Shown here piece by piece: positions 24,978 through 39,890 of a stretch of DNA of 64,000 bases; within the stretch, counting starts at the first letter, position 1; each line of letters opens with the position of its first letter. The notes under the pieces were generated by a model. That model was not told the origin of the DNA and ran no database searches. It worked only from the letters and a program-made list of their open reading frames with translations. Source of the DNA: Octopus vulgaris (Eukaryota); contig OX597826.1 in assembly GCA_951406725.2 (NCBI GenBank), positions 7,316,001-7,380,000 of the forward strand. The letters are read 5' to 3'. The position numbers and the translations under genes are program-made.

Positions 24978-25171
24978 CATAAGGGTGGTTTATTAGCAAG
25001 TTTTCAACCGAAGGGCAATAATACATACATCACTAAAGCGACTGAAATCGCTATTCGACACCAGTGTTGTTAGCATCCCTTTTCAGCAAATAAAATAGTG
25101 CCTTAGTGTGGCTATGAGTTGTTTTAACTCTTATTTCTAGCAATACTGGTGCTGAATGGTGCCCTCACTCG

Positions 25172-25258
<87 letters not shown>

Positions 25259-25721
25259 TATACATACATATATATGGATATATGTACTCACACGCACACA
25301 CACACAAACCCATTGCTACGTATGTTTCAACAAACCTCATACTTTAGTTGTTGCATTCCCCGTACAAAGTAATGCGACGTTTGCCTGAAGAAACGAACAC
25401 ACGTATTAATATTTTCCTTAAAATCCGAGGATTTTGCAAATCATATTTGTAATATCTTATGGATGAGGAATGCAACAACTAAAACAGGAATTTTGTGGAA
25501 GCGCATGTAGCCGTGCATTAAAGGATTTATGAATTTCCATCCAAAAGTTCTTGTTATTAACATATTTATTCTACGCTTTAGCGGCACATTCCCATGAAAT
25601 TATTCTGTAAGATGGGAACAATAAATGGTAGCCAGGATAAAAACATAGAAGCTTTTACGTGCGCACCCAAGAACGTTTCGCATAAACGGACTTAAGGGTA
25701 TACTATTTTACTTGTTTCAGT

Positions 25722-25885
25722 CATTTGACTGCAGCCATGCTGGAGCACCGCCTTTAGTCGAAGAAATCGATCCCAGGACTTATTCTTTGTGAGCCTAGTA
25801 CTTATACTATTGGTCTCTTTTGCCGAACCGCTAACTTACGGGGACGTAAACACACTAGCATCCGTTGTCAGGCGATGTTGGAGGA

Positions 25886-25937
<52 letters not shown>

Positions 25938-26117
25938 ATTATATATATGTACGACGGGCTTCTTTTAGTTTCCGACTACCGAATCCACTCACAAGGCTTT
26001 GGTTGGCCCATGGCTATAGTAGAAGACACTTGCCCAAGGTGCCACACAGTGGGACTGAAACCGGAGGCATGTGGTTGGTAAGCAAGCTACTTACCACGCA
26101 GCCACTCCTGCGCCTAC
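25722..26117 (-). mobile_element. SINE family B, full length
   Basis: Matches the 7369-7775 copy. Confidence 0.92.
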
Positions 26118-27214
26118 ATATATATATATACACACACACAGATATGTGTGTGTGTGTGTGTGTGTGTATACAGAGAGGGAGGGAGAGAGAGATAGAGAGA
26201 GAGGGAGATGTGAGTTTGATGATAGCCAAGGGTCGCGACGGTCGGTCCTTGTGTTATTTTTATGTAATTTACCATATGCATTCTGTCAAAACTTACGTAA
26301 CAGTTTACATAGATATATGTGTGTATACATGCGTAATTGTATTTCATATACACACATACACACATATATTGTGCACACCTTCATATGTCTACGAATACTG
26401 ACTTTAGCCATGTTTAATTCTCGCTAACGTTAATCTGTACATTTGGTAACACATCATCTGAAGTTTATGTTACAGACAAACGTTCTGAAATGATCTATAG
26501 ACAACTTCACTAATGGAACACATTCCTTTCGTAGCTGTAAATCTAAGTTTACAAATATATAACAGGACAGATTTGAGTTTGTGTTTCTTAAGCTATAATT
26601 ACATTGTTACTACGTCTGCAGATAAGACTAGAAATATACGTATTACAACTGTCCATTATTAGCTTCGTCACCACTGAAAGCAGGAAAAGTCAAAGGACAG
26701 AATATAAAATTTTGAAATTGTGACGTAACCAGTATTTGGTCGCTTGACGTGGAAGAAACAGGGGTGATACCATCACCAAATGATGTTCTACTGGTGTGAG
26801 AAACAGAATGACACATTGCTCGACGTGCTAGAAAAACAGGACTGATGTCATTTTCAAATGATGCTCTACTGGTTTAAGATATAGAGGCCCGTTGGATAGT
26901 ATAGAAATAATACACGACTGAAAAAGGAAAGAAATTAAAAAAAGACAGCTGTCCATGTTTGAATCTCGTTTCATTGATAGGTTTGCTTCATCAAGACTGA
27001 CACGAGGTTAATTAACTAAAAAAAACAATATTAAAAAAAAAGGAACAACTTCGAATCTAATTAATATCTTGTATTGAAACGTCATTGATTCATACTTCGA
27101 TTTTCTTTCGTTTAGCACCAAGTGGATATCCATAAACCGTTTTGGTTTTTCGATCAAATCAAATAAACTCTTCGAAAAAGCAAATTTTAGGGTCATTATA
27201 CGACATGTAAAATA

Positions 27215-27439
27215 AAGCGGAGAGCCGGCGGAATTGTTCGCATACCGGAAAAAATACTTAGCGTCATTTTGTCCGTTTTTATGTTCTGAATTCAAATTCC
27301 GTCAAGGTTGACTTTACCTTTCATCCTTTTGAGTTTTATAAAATAAATACCAGTTGTGTACTGGGATCAATGCAATCGACTACCCCTCCCCCCAAATTTC
27401 AGGCCTTGTGACTATAGTAGAAAGGATTATTATTATTAT

Positions 27440-27490
<51 letters not shown>

Positions 27491-28080
27491 AAAGGGAGCG
27501 ATCTGGCAGAATCGTTAGCTTCACAGCAGATCATCCGTCTGCACGTTCTGTCTTCAAATTTCGGCGAGATCAACTTTGCTTTACATCGATTCAGGAACGC
27601 TAGAATAAATACCTGTTGAGTACTGGGACTGATGTAATCAACTTACTTCTTAACCCGAGATTGCTGGCCTTGAGCGGAAATTCGAAACTGTTATTATTAT
27701 TACTATTACTAAGGCCGCGAGCTGGCATAATCGTTAGCACCTCGGGTAAGATGCTGTGCTGCTTTCTGTCTTTACATTCTGAGGGTACATTTCGTCGCGG
27801 TCGACTTTGCCTTTCATCTTTTCGCGGTCGATGAAATGAGTACCAGTCAAGTACTGGGGTCGATGTAGTCGACTAGCTCCTTCCCCGCAAAATTCCAGGC
27901 TCTGTGCCTATAATAGGAAGGATTATATTACATGGTCAGCAACTAGTAAGTTGATGAATTGCCAGAGTTATTAGCGTTTTGGATAGTATGTTAAGAGATT
28001 TTTCCTCCAATTCAAAGCGCCATGAGTTCAAACCCTTCCGAGATCAATTTTGCTTTTCTTCCTTTCGGGGTCGATAAAAG
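27215..28080 (+). mobile_element. Head-to-tail array of four diverged SINE family A copies with (ATT)/(CTA)n tails
   Basis: Heads near 27215, 27491, 27710 and 27950; repeated ctttgcctttcatc core. Confidence 0.85.
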
Positions 28081-28192
28081 TCTATTGATCGAGATCGGTG
28101 AGTCCTGGCGGTAACGCTTACCGCATCACTGATGGCGGGCTCTTTCGGCTCAAGTTGACAAGCATAGGTATTCTCGTGAGGAGAAATTGTCA

Positions 28193-28695
28193 GGAAGGGA
28201 TGGCTGTGTGGTAAGAAGTTCCCCGCTCCCCAATCATAGGGTTCCAGGTTCAGTTCCTCTGTGTTCAGGAGGCGTCTTCTTTTATAAACTCGGACCGACC
28301 AATTACTTCTGAGTCGATTTAGTAGACAGAATCTGAAGGAAGCCCATCAAGTATTCTTGGAGGAAAACTCTTCAAAGCAGTGCCCCAGCATGGCCACTGT
28401 CTAGACTGAAAGAAGTAGAAGATGCCAGACTTCGTCAAAGAAACATGCACCGGACTGTGCATACTCGAGTTGATACAGGATCAATCTTGACCACGAAAGG
28501 CTCTATCTTCATTTATGGATACATAGCCTTCGATGCTGGTGTGTTTACGTAGCCGTCACTTAGCGCTTCGACAAAAGAAACCGATAGAATAAGTACTGGG
28601 CTTACAAAGAATAAGTTCCGGGGTCGATTTGCTCGACTAAAGGCGGTGCTCCAGCATGGCCGCAGTCAAATGACTAAAAAAAGTAAAAGAGAGAA
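28193..28695 (+). mobile_element. Two SINE family B pieces (old 28193-28425; younger 3' half 28530-28695)
   Basis: tggctgtgtggtaagaag head; ccagcatggcc tails at 28386 and 28651. Confidence 0.8.
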
Positions 28696-28699
28696 AAAA

Positions 28700-28758
28700 T
28701 ACATATATACATAAACATACATTTATATACATCTACATATACTTATATTTACATACAC

Positions 28759-28795
<37 letters not shown>

Positions 28796-28881
28796 CAGAG
28801 AGAGAGAGAGAGAGATACGTATATATATATATAGACACACACATATATGTATATAGTTATATATATATACATACATATTCC

Positions 28882-28925
<44 letters not shown>

Positions 28926-28985
28926 CATATACATATATATATATATATACACACATGAACACACACACAAATACGTATGCATGTA
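28700..28985. repeat. Compound (TA)/(GA)/(CA) microsatellite
   Basis: Read directly. Confidence 0.9.
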
Positions 28986-29419
28986 TACATAAAAGCGTAT
29001 CTTCCATGTGTTTATGATATTTTGCAGACTAGAACTCAATCAATGTCTATGACGAAACTGTCTAGTTTTTTTCCTCTTGACAAATCAGCGACTGCGAGAT
29101 ATTTTCTGCATGCAAAAACAGACGAAGACACGAATTCGACAGAAACATGGAAAGCGTCAATTAAATATATCCATGTGTCTTAACAAAGTGAAGATTATTG
29201 TTAAGTTTTCATTTTTTTAAAATTTTATTTTGCCTATTATTCCAATTTCATAAACAACCAGAACTTATTCTGCCAAAATTAGAGTGGGTGTCTGTGATAG
29301 AGGAGCGTGCCCCATCATGGATGACAGTTCGGGTAAATTTAGAGAGAATGCCAGGGAAGACAAGACGTATGACAACGATTGTGTAAGAGTTATGAATTTA
29401 AGTACACCAAATACGCAGA

Positions 29420-29431
29420 AACACACATACA

Positions 29432-29480
<49 letters not shown>

Positions 29481-29491
29481 TATTTACATAA

Positions 29492-29576
<85 letters not shown>

Positions 29577-29632
29577 GAGAGGGTGAGAGAGAGAGACAGA
29601 CAGACAGATAGACAGACAGACAGACAGATAAT

Positions 29633-29663
<31 letters not shown>

Positions 29664-29790
29664 CATAGATAGGAAGACAGACAGATAGACAGACAAATAG
29701 AAAGATAGACAATAGAAGAAGATAGAAGATAGATACAGACAGACAGACAGACAGACAGAAAAGACATACAGATAGATAGATGATTGATTG

Positions 29791-29858
<68 letters not shown>

Positions 29859-29878
29859 TGATAAATAGATAGATTGAT
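29420..29878. repeat. Compound (TA)n-(GA)n-(GACA)n-(GATA)n microsatellite
   Basis: Read directly. Confidence 0.95.
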
Positions 29879-29929
29879 TGCTGCGTATTGTGTCTCTCAT
29901 AAACAAATAAGTAAATAAGTTCCTGTTAA

Positions 29930-30632
29930 CGTATTTTATGCGAGGAATTGCGAATGAAATGATTTGTAGCAAAATGTGTGCCTCAATTGCTCAGGGAAGA
30001 TCAAATGCAGTCACGACTGAATGCGTGTCGTGAACTGAAAGAACAGTTGGAAATTCTTCCAAACCATTTTTCGAAGGACGTCACTGGTGATAAATGCTGC
30101 TGCAACGGCTTACGACCCGGAACCGAAACGACAACCAACTTAATGGAAGCATTCAATGTCACCATGCCCCCCACCCGCAAAAGCGCGTCAAGTGAAGTCC
30201 AATACCAAGACGATGCTGGTTTGTTTGATCGAAACGAAAGGAATTGTCCACACGGAATTTGTTCCTCCTGGTCAAATTGTTAACCAGATATTTCCTTTGG
30301 CAGTTCTGAATCGTTTGCAAGACACGGTGAACGGTGAGTCGAAGACTCCCCGACCTGAGACACAGTAGAGCGTGGTGGTTTTATCAGGACAATGCGCCAG
30401 CGCAAACGCCCTTCAGTGTGAGACAGATTTTGACCAAAACTGGCATGATCCCGCTCACCCTCCCTCCCAGTTTAGCCAATCTTGCTCCCTGTAACTTTTT
30501 TTGTTCTCTCGAATGAAAAATGTCCTTAAAGGAAAACGCTTTGCAGATGTGGAAGAGGCTAAAAAAAAAAAAAAACTAGGAAGGCGTTTAAAGGCATCTC
30601 TTCGCAAGAGTTCCAGAACTGCTTCGAACAGT
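29930..30632 (+). pseudogene. Mariner (DD34D) transposase pseudogene, catalytic half
   Basis: EELRMK*FVAKCVPQLL..DQMQSR..VTGD; KARQVKSNTKTMLV..KGIVHTEFVPPGQIVNQ; WWFYQDNAPAQ; LPPSLANLAPCNFF; FSRMKNVLKGKRFADVEE. Spread over several frames; no TIRs seen. Confidence 0.93.
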
Positions 30633-30654
30633 ATATGTATCTATATATATATCA

Positions 30655-30835
30655 TTCGCCATGATAGATCGCTAGCCACTACTACACATTCTTTATTTCC
30701 TCTCCTTCTTTCCTTCTGTGTTCCTTTCTGTGGAAGAACGTCGGCTCGAAACGTTAAAAACTTTTCACTTCCTCAGCGTTAAACTAATACATCTGTTTGT
30801 TGTCTACACCACCCACCTTTTGTGAATTCTCCCTA
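30655..30835 (+). mobile_element. Short Penelope-like repeat with hammerhead-like motif
   Basis: ttcctttCTGTGGAAgaacgtcggctcGAAACGTTAaaaa; same family as 7880-8060. Confidence 0.55.
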
Positions 30836-31755
30836 TATATATATATATATATATTAGATACAAGTATCTATATTTGTGAGAGCGAAACTATACACATCTC
30901 TCTTCTTTTCACACACGCGCGCGTGTGCTCGCGCACACACCCGTTTTAAAAATCGAACCGAAGACTTTATAGTATTGAATCTGTAAATATATGTTGAATT
31001 TAGGTGGATGATGTGGGTATTTTATGTAATGCGAATCGGTTTAACATTGAAATGTTTCTAAATGTCTTTGACTAGTATAAAACCGCCCGCGAAAAGCTTA
31101 ATTCACATCTTTGTGTATATACCAAGTTGTTTCACCAAGACTGGTATTCATCATTTCTTGAAGACTCCAGTTATGAGGTTGAGCTCACTGTTCAGAATCG
31201 TAAGCCAATAGTCTCTGCACAATAACCGTATTAACACCGTTAAATACGCTCTTTACTTCTTGAAACAGAATCGGCTTCTATAATTTTCACAGCTCATTCC
31301 TGGATGATCATCTGGTAGTCATCAAAGCTATCTCTTTCATTTTCTTTAAGCCAGTAAGCAACTTTGTTCTTAACGAGGGCTCTCATGGCATGCAAGTCGT
31401 TTTCCGATAATGTCGTTGTATCATTCATCCGGTATATGCAGATTTTGCGAGAATATTTTGCCTTTCTGGCAGGATAATATACAAATCCTCTACATCAGAG
31501 CTTCTTTTCATCTCTGATATTTTTAAACGACATGAGCATAAAGCAGTGTTTCCGCAAGAGTTCAAATTCCTACAACGTTTACTTGTTCTACAAACAAAGC
31601 GAAAATCAGTTCTAAAACTGTTACGAATATTCATCAATATGATGAATCCTGTTTTCTAGCCAAGGTATTTAAATTCGATACGGATGGTGTATCTAGAGAT
31701 TATATTTTCTGTTTTGGGGTGGATTTTATGTTTTGTTATTGATTGTGTATACAAC

Positions 31756-32157
31756 TTTACTTGTTTCAGTTATTAGACTGCGGCCTTGCTGGGGCACAGC
31801 TTTTAGTAGAAATTGTTAGCCGAATGAATCATCCCCCTGTGCTTTGTTTTAAGCCTGGTACCGATATCAATAGCTTTTGCCAAATCAATAAGTGACGGGG
31901 CCGTAAACACGCCATAACCGGTTGTTAAGCGGTGGTGAGAGACAGACAGACAGACACACACACACACACATATGTATGTATGTACATATATGTATGCGAC
32001 GAGATTCTTTCTGGTTCCATCTACCAAATGCACTCACAGGGCTTTGGTTGGCACGAGGCTACAAAAGAAGAGGTGCTCAAGGTGCCACGTAGTGGAACTG
32101 AACCCGAAACCATGTGACCGGAAAGCAAGCTTATTATCACACAGCCATAACGGCGCC
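31756..32157 (-). mobile_element. SINE family B, diverged full length
   Basis: ttttacttgtttcagt...caaggtgccacgtagtggaactgaacc...cacacagcc. Confidence 0.85.
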
Positions 32158-32747
32158 TTTACAAACACACAATAAATCTCTTTTCCATCAAAGCAAAGTT
32201 TCACTACAAACCACCATGAACAAAACATACAGAAATAGGTTGTTTTGTCTTACATATAAAAGGTACTTATAAGTGACATTACTTCATATAAATTCCTTGA
32301 AATGTCTGCAAATATAAATAGGTTTTCGTAGGATTATACTGAAAATAAATCCGAGGTTGTTTTGCCAAGGAAATCATTCTTTCTATATTTAAATTTTGTG
32401 TTTTATTCAGTTAAGTAACACGTTTTCTGAAAGCATATATTTCATTGTTACTTTCCAACCTGTTGAGATATGCAGTCGAACGACCGAGTGAAAGCGTGTT
32501 TCGGTTTACATAATCTCCGTTTTATCACGTATAAATTAACATATATAATCGAATCTACATGCTGCCACCAAATGAATGCTGCATTGAGTACGTTTATGTT
32601 TTTTCAATTACTCATGCAAACACACAAACACAAACATAATTTCGTACCCATGCAAACACACATACCCGTGCATGCATTCATACGCGATAATAATGTCAAC
32701 GTTTGCTTGTGTACATCAGTGGTACGACATATATATCAGTGTGTGTT

Positions 32748-32749
<2 letters not shown>

Positions 32750-32784
<35 letters not shown>

Positions 32785-32945
32785 CTTTGCGACTCAGTGG
32801 GTATATGTGTGTGAGCATGAGTGTCACACACACACACATACACACACTTACATAAAATATAGATGTATATGTATTTTTGTGGGGGATTATACGTGCGTAA
32901 GTATGTGTGTATATATATATATTTCGATATATGCGTGCATAAAAG

Positions 32946-33013
<68 letters not shown>

Positions 33014-33301
33014 CTGTGTGTGTGTGTGTGTGAGTGAGTGTGTATGTGTAAGTACGAGTATGTATATACACATTTCAAAATACATATATACCTGCTCACA
33101 CGCGTATGGATATATTGTTGTCATGGTGTATTTGTGCACATTAAGATTTTAAATGTACCATTCTCGGTTCTTTGATGACAGTTATGTTTTTTCGCATTTC
33201 TCTGCATTATACAACCACACATACAGATAGAGACACTCAATGTCACTACCTTCCACCTGTGTATATGTGTATAAGTCTGCTCATGAACAAATCCCTAACT
33301 G

Positions 33302-33383
<82 letters not shown>

Positions 33384-33745
33384 TGAATGTATATACGTGT
33401 TCATGTATGAATGTATGTATATATATGGATATAAAGATATATATGTATATGTATATATAAATGTGTGTTTTGGAGTAATGAAGACACACACGAAATAATA
33501 AAGCTAGGCATTCACAGCTTCGTAGAGCTTTGTAAGAATTCTCTGTGTGTGTGTGTGTGTGTGTGCGTGTGTGTGTGTGTGTGTAGATATATATTCATGC
33601 ACACTCACACATACATGCATGTGCGAATGAAATACCTATATATCTCAAGACATAGATATAAATACTTATTCACATATGCGCATATGCGATCACAAATGTA
33701 CAAACTACAGCCAACACAGACAAACGCACGCATATACATACATAC

Positions 33746-33801
<56 letters not shown>

Positions 33802-33916
33802 AGATAGATTGATAGATAGACAAAGATAGAGATCGATAGATAGATAGATAGATAAATATGTATACGAGTACGCATGTACGTATATAATTATTCATATATA
33901 TGTGTGTCTGTGTGTG

Positions 33917-33961
<45 letters not shown>

Positions 33962-34026
33962 TTGTATATATATATATATATATATAATATATTTATACAT
34001 ACATATACATATGTATATACACACTG

Positions 34027-34093
<67 letters not shown>

Positions 34094-34699
34094 CATATGC
34101 ATATTTATATGTGAAAGTATATATATATATATATATATAGTCACACAAATATACGTATGTTTCCTGATATACTTTTCAATAAAACGTCTGTTTGAGAAAT
34201 TCTTTTTCTTTTCTGCATATCATTGCTGATAAATCACTCGGCAATATTGTTGAGCCACGATAAACGTCCAGCACTGAATATGCATCGAGGTGATAAAGAA
34301 AATCGCGATGGCAATACGGATAAGCGAAAATGGCTAGGAACAATTACAACAGAAACGACAATCGAAGTCCACCGACTAAAAATTAAGGGAGGACATATAC
34401 GCACGCATGCACTAACACACACACACACGCACAGACACACAAACATATGTATATACAAACCCTCATATATATTCATTCATATATTGGTGTATACGCAGAT
34501 GCATATATACACTTACATACATAAAACGTATGTATACATGCATATATAAATATATATATATATATACATAAACGCATACATGTTATATATAAGTAATATA
34601 TATACATATATACACATATATATATACATGTATACATATATACATATATGCATGCATGTATATATGCTCTATATAAATATGTATTTATCTATCTATCTG

Positions 34700-34774
<75 letters not shown>

Positions 34775-35062
34775 TTACGTATATGAGTATACGTAGATAT
34801 ACATATATTCATGTTTATATGCATGTATATACTCATGCATTCATATATATATATAGACTTTAATATATGTGTATATATATTTAGTTATATGTATGAATGC
34901 ACATATATGTATGTATGCATATATATATATATTTATGTATGTATATTTTGATATATATATTCATTGTGATATATATATATATATATTTACATTTATGCAT
35001 TTATGTATATATTTATATATGTATACATATATAATCATATATATATATATATTATATGTATG

Positions 35063-35119
<57 letters not shown>

Positions 35120-35156
35120 TGTATATATATTTGTATATATATAAAGGTATATTTTG

Positions 35157-35209
<53 letters not shown>

Positions 35210-35367
35210 CGTATACTTATATACACGCACACACACACTTAAGTCTATGTGTACATATAAGTATGTACGTACCATAAAAATAGTGATGAGAGAGGGAAAT
35301 AGATGCCGATTAATAAATAGAGAGAAAAAGTATAAAAGCATGTGTACAATTACTTTATTATATATGA

Positions 35368-35413
<46 letters not shown>

Positions 35414-35910
35414 CTGTGTGTGTGTGTCTGTGTGTGCATGTTTGTCTCGTTTTCTCTACGCATGTGCTTGCGTGTGCTTCGATATGGGAATGTGTACGCA
35501 TAATTGTATACTCTGTAATGTACGTATATTGCTTATGCTTCATCCACCATATCACAGTCACACATGTATATATATATATATGTTTAAATATGTATGTATG
35601 TGAATTCGTATGAGTATTTCCGTGTTTGTGTGTGTGGGGGGTGTGTGTATTTCTGTGTAGTTTTATAGCTTCTCAAATCTAAAGGAGAAAGAGAGAGAAA
35701 AAAATGCGTCAGTCACTGAACAATACCAATTATATGAATTCTCCATAAAAATTTTCTACACAGGACAATAAACATTGCACGGATGATGGATAACAATATG
35801 AACAATCATACCGGTCAGAAGCATTTCGTTCAGTGATAGCTGACTCTAGACTCACACACACACACACAGATATATACACATATATATATATGCATACATA
35901 AACATATACT

Positions 35911-35954
<44 letters not shown>

Positions 35955-36066
35955 CACTTACATGCATAACAGATACATATACAATATACACACACACCCA
36001 CACATACATCTATATACATACGCACACACACACACATATATATATATATACATACACACACACATA

Positions 36067-36104
<38 letters not shown>

Positions 36105-36150
36105 TATATAGGTAAGTTTGTATGAGTATATATATATATATAAGTAGATT

Positions 36151-36198
<48 letters not shown>

Positions 36199-36300
36199 TA
36201 GGTATATATATGTATATATATATATATATATATGCACTCACACATATATCTCACATGTATGCGTGTTATCTAAAATATATGCGTATATATTTACGAATAC
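32750..36300. repeat. About 3.5-kb patchwork of (TA), (TG), (CA) and (GATA) microsatellites
   Basis: Read directly; short unique spacers between arrays. Confidence 0.9.
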
Positions 36301-36377
36301 ATATGTATGTAGCAGAAAACCGACTTTACCAATTATGTCGGCCATGTCATAACCCTCCTATTTCACATTCTCCATTT

Positions 36378-36565
36378 CATCATCATCATCATCATCATCA
36401 TCATAAACGCTGTAGTCGGTGTCGCCATGAACGTCGTCGCTATTATCGTCATGTTCGTCCTTCGAACCATCACTATCATCATCGTCGTCGTTAACCTTAG
36501 CATCGGTGTAAAAGTATTCAATATAAAGAAGAACTACTCTGCCACGGATAGCAGCAACAAATACG

Positions 36566-36622
<57 letters not shown>

Positions 36623-36909
36623 GTAGCAGCAGTACCAACGACGTTGAAATGGCAGTGTTGTTGGTGATGATGATGCTGATGATGATGATGACAACGACGA
36701 CGATGATGATAATGATGATGATGAGGATAAAGATGATGATGATGATCTCGAAGGTCATGATGATGATGACGACGGTGATGATGATGTCGATGACGACGAT
36801 CATGATGATGATGACGATGAGGGTGATGACGCCGATGCTGGTGATGATGTTCGCGCTGATGGCCATAACGATGCCGACAACTTCAACGACACCAATAATG
36901 AAACTACCG

Positions 36910-36978
<69 letters not shown>

Positions 36979-37196
36979 GTGTTGATGATAATGGCAACAT
37001 TAAGGACAATAAAAGTAGTTTTATTGTAGCCGTATTGATGATGGTTGTGATAATAATATTGTTTGTAGTTACTACGAATAATTTTGGTGGTGGTAGTCGG
37101 TAGTAGTATTGTTGATTGTATTCCTGATTCTCTTAACATCATCGCTGTTGTCGTTGGTGTTGTTGTTGGTGCTGTTTTTGTTGTTGTTGTTGTTGG
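36378..37196. repeat. Compound trinucleotide field (CAT)n-(TAC)n-(GAT)n-(AAT)n-(GTT)n
   Basis: Read directly; source of the poly-H, Y, M and I ORFs. Confidence 0.95.
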
Positions 37197-37896
37197 TCAA
37201 CGTTAAGCTAGAGTGTACTATAATGGCTAACAGAAGGCTCAAGGTAAAAATGCCTCAATACAATAATGGCGCTTGGATTTTGTAATAAACTCAGGTTATT
37301 CTGAAGATCAAAGTGTACAGCCTTCCTAATCTTGCGCGTTTTTAAACATTACTTGTATCTAAATTCTATAGCCTATAGGCGAAAAAAGACTGCTGCAGCG
37401 TGGTCTTTCTATGATAAAGCTTCAGCTGACCATAATGGTAAGGCAAGGTGGCAGCAGCTTAGTTTCTGAATTTCTTGTGCAGTGTGAGGCTCAATGCGAG
37501 GACAATGGTTGATTTTGGTTCGTATTGTCTCCATTGGTTTTCTTCCTAAGAAATCGATAGTCGGAAGCAGTGTGGGAGTTGATATATGTAAAAGCGACAG
37601 TGAATGAAGGAGACACGGAGAAAGTGTGTAAGAGAGATACGCAGAGAAAAGCGAGCGAGAGAGAGAGAGGAAGAGTGAGGTGGAATAATAGGAGAATACA
37701 GATAGACTGGGAAATAACTGTCGGATGGAGGAGAGTAGGACGAGGAGGAGGGAAGGAGAGGAGATGAAGGAAAGGACTATGAGGACGAAAGAGAGAAACG
37801 TGATGTGAGAGTTGATGTGAACGGTAAGAAAATTAACCTAACAAAAGGAAGGTCGGAGAATAAAAGAGAGCTTCAGGATATATCCATATATGTATA

Positions 37897-37964
<68 letters not shown>

Positions 37965-38174
37965 AGCTCGCACATATATATATATATATGTATATATATG
38001 TATATATATATATATATGAGCTCGCACACAGATATATGTATTGATGCATGCACACATGATGTATCTATGTGTATGTGCGAGTCTATGGTTATGTTCAAGA
38101 ATATGTTTTGGAATCTACCTAATGTCGTACACTTACTTAGATACATAGATGCATACTTATATGTGTGAATGTGG

Positions 38175-38214
<40 letters not shown>

Positions 38215-39559
38215 GTGTGTGTGTGTGTGTGTGATTATGCATGGATTTTTATGCTTTTGTGCCTGCGTAATCTGTTTACGTTGAAACGACGGAATGGTGG
38301 AGAAAAAGAAGACGACAGGTGATGAAGAGCGCACACGATAACAATGAAAAGGTAGAGAGAATTGGGGCGACACACACACACACACACAAACATACACATA
38401 AGCAGATATGAAGGCAGAGAGAAAGACACAGAGACATAATCAAAATGACAGACTGAGAGAGTGTATGAAAGAGAGAAGTGGAATGCAATCGAGGTTATTT
38501 CCTGTATAACTTGCCTAATCAAGTGAGTTCAACTGGGGAGTGTTGTGTAATGATAACAACTGAGTGTGAGTGAAATATAGATATAAAGATAGCGCGTGAG
38601 TGAAAACAATAATGACGCAATAATATTTCACTCTCTTCTGAACGGGACAAGGTGACATTGGGATTGTTTCTTCCAAAGAATTATTTATCATTATGAAACG
38701 GAAGTGAGATTGATGCCATAATGCCTCCATTTTGCGTTCAGTCTCAGTACAGCGTTATCTTACATCTCAGATAAAGGAGATCTCCAGTTATATAGTTATT
38801 CTATTTGATACAGGTTTGCGTATGGGTTGCCCCTAAACTACATTAGGATGTTGTCTACCCACCCTAATGCTATCTTATGGAATCCATTTTTGGATTTATT
38901 TTGATGTTACATTTTGATGCTCTATACAGTTATATTTTATTGTTGTTATCTATAGAATAATGTGTCTTTAGTGATAATGTTAATCTCACACGTTTCCACT
39001 ATTTCTTGTTTGTTTATTTCCTTTGTATTTCGTTTTTAGACCCTTATGGCCAACAATATACGTTGTTCGCCTCTTCATCATCACCGTCAAGATCTCATCG
39101 ACAGCATCATCTCATCATCACCACTATCTCATCATCATCATCATCTCAGTTAATGTGACGTTATTTTCTCTCTAAACTTTCACACCCTTCGCTACATGTT
39201 AGATATCCCTGCCCTTAATATATTTTTCTATGACCCAAGAAATAGTCAGGAACAGGCACATAACATATACCAAATAGTCCAAATTTTCGATTCAACAACG
39301 AACCTTGTCCTGAGGAATGCTTAACGATAACTTAATGGAATTATTACAGATTTTTTTAACACTACTGCATTCTACTTTGAGCAAGACAAAATCTTGAATA
39401 CTCTATAAGCTCACTAGAAGTATCATGATGAAGTAGATCGTTGCGAAAATGACATTTTCATAAATTATTAACAATAGCTCAGGATTGAGAGCTCATAAAA
39501 TATTGGAATCAAGTTCGAATGGAAAAATTAAAGTTTTATTTCAAAGTGCCAGAGAGAAT

Positions 39560-39890
39560 CCTAGCCGAAATCCTGTCTGTTAAGCATCAAGAGTGGCTCC
39601 TCTTTTGGCAATGATTTCTTCGACCCTCTTTCTGACTGTAGCACAAGCATTCTTAATGAGTTCATCAATGACCTCCTCCCGCGTCCTACGAATGGAGTTT
39701 TTGAGGGCTTACAGGTTACTTTGGATCTTTTTACAAGCTTTTTCTGACCACTTTTTTCGAGATGTTGACTTCAGGTGATGAAGGGGCCAACTGTCCTTAT
39801 CCGAACACCAGTTCGCAAACTCATCCTTGGGAGATTTTTTAGTCACTGACATTGAATTCCATCTTGCTGGCATGTAAACCCGAAGTCCTT
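39560..39890 (-). pseudogene. Tc1/mariner (maT/DD37D-like) transposase C-terminal remnant
   Basis: Minus strand QQDGIQC, then DKDSWP/PSSPEVN (WPPSSPDLN motif with a frameshift), then IKNACATVRKRVEEIIAKRGA. Confidence 0.75.

Noticed and set aside
36427-37029. 200-aa hydrophobic ORF
   Set aside because: Made of consecutive trinucleotide microsatellites (poly-Y, M, I).
37370-37437. Small exon candidate (ag...gtaagg)
   Set aside because: Splice-like signals only; the peptides are unrecognisable and such matches are expected by chance.
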